From Camelus ferus (taxonomy: Eukaryota), in the NCBI RefSeq assembly GCF_009834535.1, contig NC_045697.1, forward strand, positions 60,018,001-60,082,000: 64,000 bases of DNA, written 5' to 3'. The first letter of the stretch is position 1, and every line of letters begins with the position of its first letter. The notes below the pieces were generated by a model. The model was not told the DNA's origin, did not search any database, and saw nothing but the letters and a program-made list of their open reading frames with translations. Shown here in pieces: positions 38,363 through 51,787 of the stretch. The translations under genes and the position numbers were made by a program.

Positions 38363-40497
38363 GCCACAAATATCTTAAAAGTCATGTGTAAGAGAAGAAT
38401 TGTATTCAGTTTTATGAACAGAACATTTTCTTCAGCAGAGAGGCTAGAAATACTGTCAGGTGGGAAACACTGGTGCAGATGTGCTTCACAGGGATAAAGT
38501 GAATTTCAAGAAAAATCCTTTCACTATATACAGCTATTCTGGGTATTTGTCGACAAATTCTGCAGAATGCAGGATGATCACAGAAAGGGCATATCTCAAG
38601 TCTGGGTGAAGTGAAAGTAATTTTAGAAATTATTCTGTCCTTATTCAGACATAGATATGCCCAATATATCCTAGAACTATGTTGTAGATACTTATCCTTT
38701 CCATAATTAGAAATAGCATATTTATGGTCTTTATATGATTGGATTTATAGTTTGTCCACACTAGCTAGATCAACTTGATATTTGGTGACTGTATTTTCAA
38801 TTTCAAATCCATGGGGTGTGCTGACCCACTTTTTTATTTCCGTGCTTTTTGAAAGTTTCAGTACCCTGCCACAGCTCTGATATTAAAGGTGATATGTGTT
38901 ATGACTGCATATAGATTTCAGCTTAAGTTTAAGCTGTGTCTTATTGTTCAGAAGGGTGTGCCTATCTGATGAGTTGGTGGGAAAGTCTAGGCAGAAATCT
39001 GCTTGCGTGGTGGTTTGAGGCTCTCCTAAGAGAACTCACTGGAAGGCAAAAATGAAGGTTGTCTGAAAAAACAAAGGTTTGGTGGTCAGGGAGAAGAGAT
39101 AAGATGAATTTGAAGAAATCAGTGATTTGGATTTCTCCCCTCTAAATCCATGGGAAAGGGAGGACTGTGAGTAAATAGAGAAATGTGTTAGTACAAAATG
39201 CTGTCTTTTAAGACTTCAGCACTAGGACTTGGTAGATTTTAAACAGACTTCCACACTGAAGAAATAGTAAGACATGCTACCATTTTGTTCTACTAAAGAG
39301 TTTATGGCTATTTCTAGTGCATGTATGGTGTGATTTGGGAAACAGTGAATGGAGTGGTGTCCTATTAAAGAACCACCATGTTCAGCAGGCAGTAGTGCCT
39401 TCACAGGGCTTTTCTCCAGTGAACTCAGCCTCCAGGAGTGATGAGAGTAACAGTACCCAACAGAAGGGGCAGTGCTAGTCAGAGGATGGTGTTGTCTGGA
39501 CTTACTCCACGTGAGAGACAACCTGGGAAATCCAAGACACTTAGGTGGAAAAAGCAGGGGACCAGAAGGGAAGCTGATGTTCTATATTAGCCAGTGGGAA
39601 AAATGCCCTGAGAAATAGAAGTTATTCCTGTTAATGGTGCCCCATTAACAGGTGAGGCCTGTGGAAACTCTAGTCACAGCAGTAATGCTATTCTTAATCT
39701 ATTTTGACGGAAATGTGAATTACACATATATACCTCCATCTCCTCTGAGAATTACACATTGTGTATGGATATTTTGTGTCCGTACCTAATTTGATTTTTT
39801 GGAGTCACACATCTGTATTTTATCAGTTTACAGATACTAAGCAGGGCTTATTTCTCATTCCTGTTTAATCTCTGCCTTCACGTTTCCATGTTATGTTTTT
39901 GTTAACAGTAAAGCCTTTCTTTACCCTCAAAACTAAAACCTCTAAGCTGCATGTTGTAACTCTTATATTCTCTTCCAAATTGAAATCACCTTCAGGTTAG
40001 TTTTATCTAAATCAGTATCCTCAAATAGACACAACAATGCTCACATAGGTAATAGGCATATTTCTAGATATTTTGTGACAGTGATGTTCTATATTATAGG
40101 TAGTGAGATAGGTAGTGAGTAAAGAAATCCAAGTGTTAGGTTTAATCTACAGTTGAATATTAAAAAGTAATTTAGGTGTTCAGAAATTCCCTGAGCCAAT
40201 TTTCATAGCATATGGACAATCTTATCTTTGTTAATAAAATCATTGAAAAGTAAAATATTTTTCACATGGAGTTATTACCAAGAAATAAAATGTATTTTTG
40301 AATGTTCCAACCAGATTGATCTAAATGTATATATTTGATGATAATGAAGTTTTGGATATTTTCTAAGGGTATATTAAAACATGTCCCTTTTATTAAACAT
40401 ATAATAGGATATATAATGTGAGACTGTTAGGTATCACAACTAAGAGCTTTTCTGTGCATTAGAAATTTCAATTTTTGTTGTTTTTCCTCTTAGCATA

Positions 40498-40984
40498 TGT
40501 GGTAGGCAGATAACGAATGCTCCCAAATGCCCATGTTCTGATTTTTCAGAACTTGTGATCATGTGACTTTCCATGGCAAAGAGAACTTTACAGCATGATT
40601 GTAGACTTGGACATTCTCCTGGATTATCCAGGTGGGAACAGTATTATCACAAGTGTTCTTAAAAGTGGAAAAGGAAGGCAGACTAGACATAGATGTGATT
40701 GGGGAAAAAAAAAGACACTGATAAGTGTAAAACTGTTGGCTTTGATGATAGAGGAAGGGCCCCAAAGGGTTCTGGAAACCTTGGCAAGTTGGCAGCCACA
40801 AGGAAACAGATTCTCCCCTAGAACCTCCAGAATGGAATACAAACCTGCTTTTTCACCTTTATGTTAGCCCAGCGGGACCCATGTCAGACTTCTAACCTGC
40901 AAAACTGTAGGATAATAGATTTGTATTGTGTTAAGCCACTAAGTTTGTGATAAGTTGTTACAAAGGCAATAGACAACTAATATA
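40498..40984 (+). mobile_element. MLT1D-type MaLR solo LTR
   Basis: tgtggtaggcaga...cctggattatccaggtggg...ggaaacagattctcccctagaacctccaga...taagccactaagtttgtg...actaatata. Confidence 0.9.
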
Positions 40985-41454
40985 GTGGCTAAAATAATTT
41001 CCATGGAAACCTTTTTTTTTTTTAAAGGATCAGTATATGTTACTGTGATAGAGTAAATATCTAGTTAAAATATGCTTTCCCCTACCTCCATGAATGTTCA
41101 TTACCTTCTGAGTTTAAGTAGGGTAACATTTGGGAAATGATCTTTAACCGTGAGTGGTCTCAGTTTGACTGTTAATTTTCACATTATCATCAGTTGGTGC
41201 TGATCCCAAAACACACAGACTTTGTCTCTGTCAAACTCTAACAGTCTTTTAGGTTATTCCTGTGTTGTCACCTGTTTTAACTTCTCTTTGCCAAATTCAT
41301 TCAATTTCTGTTTTTGAGAAATGTCTTTTTTTCCTCTGGAATAGTTGTTCTTGCCAAAACAAAGTACTCTGGTATTTTAGATATATTTGTTTTCAAAGAG
41401 GAAATACTAGTATAGCATGCTATTACAGTATATTTAAAATATATTTTATTCACA

Positions 41455-42075
41455 TGTAGGGATTATGCTGGTTATAGTTGATTCATATTAGGCATTCAAT
41501 TTATTATCTTATGTAAACTTTCATTTACTACAAGGTTGAAATCTAAAACCTATTTTTCCCAGACTCCCTTTCAGCTAAGGTTCTGAATGCAAATTAGTTT
41601 CCACCATTTGATTACCATGTAATTGCAGCAAGATCCGAAAGGCAAGAGTTAAGCAGAAACCACCTTCCTGTAGCTTTTGGCTATTTCTACTGGCAAACAA
41701 CTACTGGAGATGTGAGGGTTCCCACTGTGTTGCTACATGGTCCTAACTCCAGTTTCCTAGATGTTGACAAGCAGAGGGGACTGCACCTTGATCTGGTGTC
41801 GAATTCCTGGACTGCAGCATCAGGAGCACATCTTCAGCCTCTTGAGGGTTGGACTGTGTTAGTAAAGACAGAGATACTTGTTTCCACAATATTGTGTCCT
41901 CAGAGATAGTTCTCCATAGTAAGTCAGTTCTGTATAGGTCCAGGAGTTATTACAGGAGACTCAGCTTAGAATTTCTTCCTTCAGTCCTAGCAATATTTTA
42001 ATAAGCACATAATTTGCTATATGAAATTTCCTCATCTTAAAAAATATTTCTACTTCCTGAGCTGAACTCTGGTAG
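41455..42075 (+). mobile_element. Old ERVL LTR (LTR50/LTR33-like)
   Basis: ttcccagactccctttcagctaaggttctgaatgcaaattag...ctggcaaacaac; 3' end tctacttcctgagctgaactctg. Confidence 0.65.
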
Positions 42076-44001
42076 AAAGTCCACTCAGGAAATATAAAAA
42101 TACATTATCCATAAAAAATTGCTGTGCTATTTGTGACAGAAATTTGATATCTTCTCTATTATTAAAAGGAGAGCTAATTATAAGGCAATTATAGCACCTT
42201 AATTACCAGACATCTGTATCTATACATTCATGAGCATAATTTTCCCTAGAATTTGAATGTGTATATTCATTTCAAGGGCAAAGATTATACATATGCCTGT
42301 CATCATTCTAAAAAATATATTTAATTGTTCAATATCTTATCAAGTGTCATTCAAGCATAATTCTATTTGTAGAAAGGGAAAAAATCACAAAATTAATGCA
42401 TACATATATTTTAGGGATATATACATATTATAGATAGTGATACATCATAAATGTATAAATATTATCACTATATAATATGTATATCCCTACAGCCTATCTC
42501 TTTATTTCCTTCTTTTTCTGAGTTATGGGCCAAATAATGTAATAGGTATCTCTCTAACTATCAAGAGAAAAAATACTTGAAGGAAATGCATATGAATATT
42601 CTAGTTTAATTTATTTGTAATCAGTTCTGCCAGCTCTTCCCAACTTTAATGCCACTTTCTTTCAGGAGTTAGTCTTCTATTTGAGTGGAGATTTATGAAA
42701 CCTTTTGCATGCAGTCATTAAAACTGTGACCACCTCTCACTGCAGCCCTGCCATTTAGTTTTCCTGCATTATTAACTGGGCAAAGCACTGTATATGGTGA
42801 TTATGTTCTCAATAATGGAACCTACTCAGCACCCATTAAAATTTCATTCAGAGCCACTCTTTTTGAATTTTAACATGAAGGTGTTTGCGAATAGGTGTGC
42901 ACATGATTTCAAACTGCAAGATGAAGCTTTTCTTATAATGATATTTTTAAACCTAAAAACCTTGAGCATTTAAGTAATATAACTTTTTTATATACATCTG
43001 CAGTCGTATGTATTTTTACTTTAGCTTTCAAATCAAGGAAAAACTTTAATTTCTGGAGAAAGATATTTTTATCCTCTGAATCTACTGTCTAACATTAAGG
43101 TATTTCTAATAGTGGTCTCTGTGTTAAATCTGAATAATTTATTTTTCTAGTAAATACTGGAGAAATTTCAACAAGAAGTATTCTTGCAATATTGAGAGAT
43201 CTTAAAATAAGAAGGCAAAATTTCTCTATGATGTAATTAGTGGGGCCCAGGAAAGGTGTTTTTCATTTTGTGTGTGTTGTGTTATGTTTAAAAAAAAAAT
43301 CTTTGATTTGTTGAATTTATAAAATTAAAGGACAGTGTAATGATGGATTTATTCATTTTCTTGGATATATGTTTTAAGATGTAATAACTCTAAAAATTTT
43401 GAGAGTTTAATGATTTTAGGTATTGTAGGTATTAATATTTTTGGATTTTTAGGAATTAGGTATCTAACTATTTTATTATTTTCAAATTATTTATTGAGAA
43501 GGTTTTGCTGATGTTTTTATTTTGTTGTTGTTTTTAATGACCTACAGTAAATACTTTTAGTCACATTAGTCACAGTTTGTTGAAATGAAGGCCTGTTATT
43601 TTTGACTCAGTTGCTTAATGATCCATAAATTTCAGTATTAATTAAATAAACAAAGACAATCTTATTTGGTGATACGTGAATAAGGAGGGGAGTTAAAAGA
43701 GCATAAAATTTATTAACTTGGTTGCTATTAGTTATATTAATATAGTTGTCCCTTGGTATCACTGGGAATTGGTTCTAGGAACCCCTCCTGCCAGGGATAC
43801 CAAAATCTGCAGATGCTTAAGTCTTTTATGTAAAATTATGTAGTATTTGATATAACCCACCCACATCTTCCCATATACTTCAGATCATTTGGAGATTACT
43901 TATAGCTAGTACAACATACATGTTATGTAAAATGTTGTAAATACAATGTAAATGTTATGTGACTAGTTACCAGCTCATGACAAAACCAAATTTTGCTTTT
44001 T

Positions 44002-44350
44002 TTTCTTTCCAATTTTAATGAGAGATAATTGACATAGAACATTGTATGAGTTTAAGGTATAAAGCATAATAATTTAATGTACATATTTCATGAAGTAATT
44101 ATCACAATAAGTTTAGAGCATATCCATCATCTTATATAGGTACAAATTAAATGAATAGAAAAAATGTTTTTCTTGTGATGAGAACTCTTAGAATTTACTC
44201 TGTTAACAACTTTTCTGTATAACACATAGCAGTAGTAATTATATTTATCATGTTGTATATTTCATCCCTAGTACTTACTTATCTTACAGCTGGAAGTTTG
44301 TACCTTTTAATTGCTTTCATCCAATTCCCCCTCCCCCCAACATCCCTGTT
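44002..44350 (-). mobile_element. L1MA9-like 3' end inserted in the MER2
   Basis: gagataattgacatagaacattgtatgagtttaagg...gctggaagtttgtacctttt; 14-bp TSD aaattttgcttttt (43988-44001) / aaattttacttttt (44351-44364). Confidence 0.9.
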
Positions 44351-44399
44351 AAATTTTACTTTTTAAAATTGTCTGGAATTTTCTTGGTGTATTTTTTTA

Positions 44400-45699
44400 T
44401 TTTAAAAATTTTTAATTTTTATTAAATTTTAAAAGTTACTTTCCTACAGTTATTATAAAATACTGACTGTATGTCTCATGTTGTACAGTACATCCTTGAG
44501 CCTATCTTACATCCAGTAGTTTGTACCTTCCACTTCCCTACTCTTGTATTGCCCCTCCCCCCTCCCCACTGGTAACCACTAGTTTGTTCTCTATGTCTAT
44601 GAATCTGTTGCTTTTATTTATATTCACTAGTTTGTTCTATTTTTTTTAGATTCCACATATGAGCAATAACATATAATATTTATCTCCATCTGACTTATTT
44701 CACTTAGCATTAATGTCCATCCATGTTGCTGCAGATGGCAAAATTCCATTCTTTTTTATGGTCCAGTTGTATTCCATTGTGTATGTGTATGTGTATATAT
44801 ATATTTTATATATAAAATATGCAACACATCTTCTTTATTCATTCATCTGTCATTGGACACTTAGGTTATTTCTGTGTCTTAGCAATTGTAAGTAATGCTG
44901 CTATGAACATTGGGGTGAATGAATCTTTTTGAATTAGTGTTTCTGTTTTTTTTCAGCTATGTACCCAGGAGTGGAAGTGCTGGATCATGTGATAGCTCTG
45001 TTTTTAGTTTTTTGAGAAACCTCTATACTGTTTTCCACAATGATTTCACCAGTTTACATTCCCACCAATAGTGTACAAGGGTTCCCTTTTCTCCACATTT
45101 CTTACCATGATTTGTTGTTTGCAGACTTTTTGATGATAACCATTCTGACACATACAAGTGATATCTCATTGTGGTTTTGATTTGCATTTCCCTTATGATC
45201 AGTGATGTTGATCATCTTTGCATGGGCCTGTAGGCCATCTGCATTTCCTCTTTGGAAAAATGTCTATTCAATTCTTCTGCCCCTTTTTTAGATTTTTTTT
45301 TTTTTTGATGTTGAGTTGTATGAGCTGTTTATATAGGTATGGAAAACTGGGCAGCTACATGTAAAAGAACGAAATTAGAACACTTTCTTCCACCATATAT
45401 AAGAATAAACTCAAAATGAATTAAAGACCTAAATATAAGACTGGATACTATAAAATTCTTAGAGGAAAACATAGGCAGAACACTCTTTGACATAAATTGT
45501 AGCAATATTTTTTGACTCAGTCTCCTAAAGTAAAGGAAATAAAAGTGAAAATAAACAAATGGGATCTAATTAAACTTAAAAGCTTTTACACAGCAAAGGA
45601 AACCATAGACAAAACAAAAAGACAACCTACTGAATGGGAGAAAATATTTGCAAGTTATATGACTGATAAGGGAGTAATATCTAACATATATAAAGAGCT
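44400..45699 (-). mobile_element. L1 with a 5' inversion inserted in the MER2
   Basis: 44400-45335 is the 3' UTR and ORF2 end on the minus strand; 45336-45699 is ORF2 on the plus strand ([35 protein letters not shown]). Confidence 0.92.
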
Positions 45700-46739
45700 T
45701 GAATAGTTTTTGATCTGCAGTTAGTTGAATTTGTGGATTTGGAAACAGCAGATTCAGAGGGCTGACTGTAGATTACTTTGTTTCTCCTAAATATGGTCAA
45801 GTTCTTTTATGATTTCCATTGTATAATTCAAATAATCAACCTTTAGACCACCAGATGCATTGAGCTAGCAAATAAATTAGTAATCCACATAGGTGGTGCA
45901 GCAACCAAAGAAAAGTAGATCACATTGGAAAATCAGAACACAAACTCAGTGAACTAGAGTTCTGGATGAGATAAATGAGACATTCAATAATAATAAATAA
46001 ATGTATTGTGGTTAAAAAAAGAAATGAAGCAGAAAGAAATTAGAAGAAGGAAGGAAGAAAGAGAGAAAGACAACTTTTAAGCATTAAAATAAAAAAAAAA
46101 AGAATAGATCAATTAAAGAGGATGGTCATAGTAAGATGTTGACATCCAAAATGTTTAAATACATGAAATATTTCAAAGAAATGAATGCAAATATAAACAG
46201 GCTACAGTCATAAGTGAAACAAAATGGCAGAGGATATATCCAGAACTATAAATTTGGGAATATGTTTTCCACTGCAAAAATAAAGTACAGATGGTAGAGA
46301 GGCCAGAATTAAAATATAGTGGAAGAAAATGTTATTAAGATAATTAAAGGCCTTACTGATTTCCAAGATTGATTATTGGGAACTTCCTTACCAGTAAGAA
46401 TAAAGAAACCATTTTTTCTAGCTTCATTGCAAGACTAACAAATAAGTTGTGTTATTGGATTTCTTACTAACAGCCCAGAAAGACATTGAAGTGTCATTTA
46501 TAAACTATGAACAAAAAATAACTATTTGTCAGTAAGATGAAATTTCAGGACAAAGTGAAGGTATTGTAAAAAATATGCTATAATCTCAAGATTGCAAAAT
46601 CTATGCATTCTCTTTGATGAAGCTATTTGAGAGAAGACTAACTGAAAATGAAATGTATAAACATAGAAACATCAACATGGGACAGAAGGTTAAGGAAAAA
46701 TGACAGTGGTGAGCACTAATCTTGGAAAAGTTAAAGTGG

Positions 46740-47112
46740 TACATACTTAATGCTGCTTCTTGCCTTATATCACAAACAGTACTCAAAATTGTACTGGCTT
46801 AGCACAATAAAACTTTATTTCTTTCTCATATAATGGACCATCATGAGTGTTAGGAAGATGGCTTTCTATACAGTGGTTCAGGCATTTTAGATTGTATGTC
46901 ACTGCCAAGCCCAAGAGCTTGGGTGTATTCATACCAGCTAATGACTGGTGAAAAATTATGTGGAGAAGACACATGCACTTCTTAAATGTTTCATACTAGA
47001 AGTGACACATTTCTCATGCTCACATACTTTTACAAAGAATTAGTCACATGGACTCATCTAGCAGTTTCTAACAAATATAGTTCCTGGTTTAGAAGATATA
47101 TCTAAACAGTAC
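46740..47112 (-). mobile_element. MLT1J-type LTR
   Basis: ctggcttagcacaataaaactttatttctttctca...tagaagtgacaca...tagtcacatggactcatctagc. Confidence 0.7.
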
Positions 47113-47680
47113 AATTACACTTCCCCAATCTCTGTTGCAATTGGATGTGTCCATGTGTCTATCCAATGGAATATGTGTGAAAGGAAGTTGCACCATATTT
47201 AAGCATGGGCCATGGAAGTCTCTCATATTTGATTCTCCTGCTCTTTTCCTTCAACACTTGGATGCATAAGAGCTTGGAGAACTTGGAAGTCATGTTTTGA
47301 AGATACTGTAACCATAAGATTGTAGGACGCTGGATTCTTGTAATCATTTATATCAATGGTTCTCTACTGTGGTTGATTTTGTCCATTAGGAGACCTTTGG
47401 CAAAGCTTGGAGATATTTTTGGTCATCTTAACTAGGAAGGTGCTATTGGAATTTATTTGGTAGAGACTGTAAATGCTGTTATACATCCTGTAAGAACAGT
47501 CAACCACAACAAAGAATTATGTAGGCCAAAAATATTAATAGAGCCAGGGTTAAGAAACTCTAACTAACTTCCATCAGGAACACATGTTTTTATCCTTTAT
47601 GAATTAGAAATAAACTCCTACTGTATTAAACCATTGAGATTTTAGGATTTATATTTTATTGAAGCTAGCATTAAGAATAC
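47113..47680 (+). mobile_element. MLT1J/I-type LTR interrupted by MER20
   Basis: ttgcaattggatgtgtccatgtg...ccaatggaat...gaaataaactcctactgtattaaaccattgagatttt. Confidence 0.7.
47354..47562 (+). mobile_element. MER20 hAT-Charlie
   Basis: caatggttctc...gattttgtcc...ggagatatttttggt...cacaacaaagaattat...gggttaagaaactcta. Confidence 0.88.
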
Positions 47681-48526
47681 TTGGTTCATATGTATTTTGA
47701 CTTTACTTAGAATGATGTGAAGCATACTAAAACAGTCACTAAGACTAGTGTAATTAAATTTTAAATTAACCTTTAATTCACATGTTTAACAGTTACTGAG
47801 CACTCATTGTGAATTTCACATTTTTCTAAGTTTTGGTAGTAAAATATTATTGAAACATTTTCTCAGTCCTGCAAGTCTTTGAGCAGAAGACAGCCAGTTG
47901 AAGATCCAATTAAAATTTGTCATGAATGACATGATGATATTATATTCAGAGTTCCATGGCAACACATCAAGAATACTTAAACTGTTAAAAAAAAATGATG
48001 TTGGGCAAATAGTACTGAGCATAGAGTTTTATGAAAAGCTGATTTTTATCTCAATTTTAAACAATAGGTAAGAGTTAGATAAATTAGAGATAAGATTATT
48101 TCATATTGAGGAAACAACACACTTAAAGGTCTGAGATGAGATGAGATAGATGTTATTGAATGTTGTGGAGAAGACTACGGCAGATCAATGTGTATCAAAG
48201 AGTATGTGGAATAAGTGAGTGTATAGGCATGAGGGTAAGGATAGGAAGAAACTAGGGAAATAATTTTTAGAAAAATTCTATCATAACTCCAAATTGAGTA
48301 AAATAAGATATTCTAACTTTCCTTCTTTTTAGTTTTCCTAATAATTTTATATCAGTTGCATTCACTATTCTCCTAAATAAGGTAAGAAAGAAAAAGAAAA
48401 GAGCAAGAGAGGAAAACAGTCTTCTAAGTGATAATAACGTGGCTTTATATCATCAATTACTCAAAACTGCAATACTCAAAACTTTAATGGAAAATATGAT
48501 TTCCTTTTAAACTATTAGGAAAGACA

Positions 48527-49045
48527 TGTTTCAGTTAGCCATTGCTGCATGACAAATCATCCCCAAACACTTAGCAGATTAAAATAATAAACATGTATTA
48601 TTTCTCGTAAGAGTATAAGGCTGTTATGCAATCCCTCTTCTCTTGGGCAGGCTTGGCAGGGATTTCTCAAGCATCTGTGGTCAACTGGTAGCCTGAGAAT
48701 GACTGGTCAAGTAAGGCCTCACTCACATGTCTAATGTATGATTAGCAGTATTCTGGAATAACAGAAGTAATGAGATCATGCTTGTGTCATCATCCAGCAG
48801 GATAGTCCATGCTTTTTCACATGGCAGTGCAGAGTATTAAAGATAAAACAGGATTGTACAAGACCTCTTGAAACCTATGCACAGAACTGGGACTGAAACT
48901 TTTAGTGCTTTCTATTAAAGACATCAAAAGGCCAATTAAGTTGCAAGGATGCGAGAGTAGACATCGTATTTTGGTAAGTTTTATGAGGTCACATTGCAAT
49001 AGAATGTGGATAAAAGGAGGGGTGAAACAGTGGTGAATTTTTAAC
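48527..49045 (-). mobile_element. MLT1H-type LTR
   Basis: tcagttagccattgctgcatgacaaatcatccccaaa...gcatctgtggtcaactgg...ggcctcactcacatgtct...catccagcaggatagtcc. Confidence 0.8.
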
Positions 49046-51787
49046 AAATGAAAACAGAAAAGGTACCAATAATCAACTCTTACCAGTATTCAACTTTTGT
49101 TAAGTCAAGGTTATCAAGGTTCTCTCCTCCTCACCCCACTGTAACTTTTAACTGCTAATAGCTTATAATGCTGTGTAATAGTTGTTGTTTTTTTTTTTCC
49201 TGTGACCAGGCATAGATTTTTAACCAATAACATTGTGGGAGTCATCAGAAAGTTTTATGTTTCCAAGAGATATTTTTATTAACTTGATTTACATATATAA
49301 ATTTTGTGTAAAGATGGACATTTGTTCATCTAACATAAAAGGAATGGTTAATGCTAGAAACAATTACTCGGATTTCTCAGTATGTTTCCTAGTGCCGGTT
49401 TCCAACTTCATCTATTTTAAAACATTTTAAAACAAAAATTTTGCATTTAAAAAAAGTTGATTCTTTGAGATAATCTTAAGAGTTTCTTATGGCTATTTCA
49501 TCCACACACTTCTTAGAAAAGATAGTATGAACTTCTCTTAAGTTGTAGTCCTTCATTCAACAGATTAATTTTATAGGAGAATGCCAAATTCTTCTTCAGC
49601 TTAGTTCACTTTTAAGGCATGTGGTGATGACATTTATTAGCAAAACTATCAGCTTCAAATTTTCTGTCAGTTTCCACAATAGAAATTTCAGGTAAGATAT
49701 ACACATAGCAATTTTTGAATTAAATATCCGTTATTCTGGACATTCTAAAATCTCTCAATAGGTAATACAGATTGTCAGAGAGATTAGTCTGGTCCACTCC
49801 TTTGGCATCTTCCATTAAACCATGGCCTATACTTAGGGGTAGATTAAGAATTAGCCTTTTGAGACTACTTTCTATATTTGTTTTAACAATACTTATTGTG
49901 GATATTTTTTCTACTATATTTTTTTCAGAGGGAAAGAAAAACCATAAGTGAATCAGTCTGGTATCCATACAAAGAACAATTATTTCTCATTAACTGCTTG
50001 TATTTAGATTATAAATAGTATAGAATTTTGCAGTTGAGCTGCTTCCACCTTTGCCTTCGCTGTTAGTGAACATAGAACCAAATTTATGATCCATTACTCT
50101 TAACCGTATTTTTTGTCCTAATCTCATTTCTGGCTTCTATTTCCCCTTTATTTCTCTTCCTCCATTATGTTGCATTTATTTTATCTTCTTGTGTATATAT
50201 ATTCTTGAAATTGTCTCAAACTGTTTTTGGATCAGTGAATGTTACGAATAAATACATATACAAAACATAAAAATAATACTATTTTAAAATGTAAATGTAT
50301 CCTATATTTGATGCATTCAGTATAGAGTTGTCAAATGACAGAAATATGACTGTTTAAAATATAATAAATATAATATAATAGTTTAAATCTTTATAATTCA
50401 CTAATTCTTTATTTCACTTAATCTATTTAGTGTCAGTGTCCTAAAGAATTAAAACTAATGTCACTGAAGTGATGAAATTTTGATAATGTTGTTCAGTATA
50501 AAGACTACATTATTTAAAACACTCCTTTGGGAGTACAGATACTTTTTTGTTTTGCAGATGAAGAAAGAGGTATTGAAAGTTGTGTGTCTTTCCCAAAGCC
50601 AAAGTAATTGAAATAAATATATAGAAATTGAAATAGAGAGGTCATATGGTATTATTTTTGCTTATATTAATAGACTCCTGTGCTTATTTTTTGATTTTCA
50701 TGAACCCAAAAACATCTAAATTTTTCCATTGAAATTAGAAACCAAAAAATTACTTCTACTTTATTGATAAGACTGAATAACTAGAAAATTATAAAATGTT
50801 TTCTTTGTACTATATTTATTTCTTAAAGTGAGAACACTAGAAAATGGTGCTTATTATAAGAACACCTGACAGTATAGGAAACTTCAGATGTAGATCAACT
50901 TTAGCTACTAATAAGCAATGCTTTTTCAGGAACATCACTTAACCATATTTATACTTTTTTTTCCTCTGTAATGTAAGTGAAATCAACTCTTACTTCCAGC
51001 CCTAATATTCTATGATTTTCTTTTATACTATTATTAAGATCTTCCAGTAATTCATACACAAGTAATTTTTCAAGCTCAACTATAAAATTATTCTGTATGT
51101 ACTTCATTTCCCTTCATACCACCTTTTAAAGAAACACTAATATAAAGTGATATGTTTCAATTCATTAAAAATAAATGTATAAGCACAAAACACAGTGGCA
51201 AATAAAAATACTATATGCCAATAGAAAAAAAATTATACATTATCCTATAATGACTATTTCCATTTTTGTCCCTCAATATGCATAGTTTGTATAGATACAA
51301 TTTTGTCTTCTTCCCTTCAGTTATTAGTATCCTATGCCATTGCCTATTTGTTATGTAACTTTTATATTTTTAATTATATGATATTTAATTAAGTAAAACC
51401 ATCAAAATTAGCATTCTTTGGATGTATGTAGACATACCTTAGTGTACGACTATTATTGATGTTATTATAATTAACATTTTTATGCATGTATTTGTCAGTG
51501 TTTTAGTCTTGTTATTTTTAGGATTAAATTTCGAGATAAGGACAAAGTAAAGAGTGGAACAGTAGTGTCTTGCAAGTGATGCATACTTTTTAACATATTG
51601 CTTAGATTTATGGTATTAATCTTATTAATTAACATACAGAACCATGCATTGAGAATGTTATTTTTAAATAGTGTTTATTCCAAAAAAGTTATTAGTAATA
51701 GTAAATAATATACAGTGAAGGAACCTGGGAGAATTTGACAATATTGTGAATTAATTGCTTTTAAATATTATTTCAACATGTAGCTAG

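Larger units (their letters stand above)
43743..45768. mobile_element. MER2(B)-type Tigger MITE split by two L1 insertions
   Basis: Left part ta|tagttgtcccttggtatc...gataccaaaatctgcagatgcttaagtc; middle piece 44351-44398; right part tttgatctgcagttagttgaat...agagggctgactg|ta. Confidence 0.88.

Noticed and set aside
47951..47963. RFX X-box-like gttccatggcaac
   Set aside because: A single imperfect motif with no supporting promoter context.
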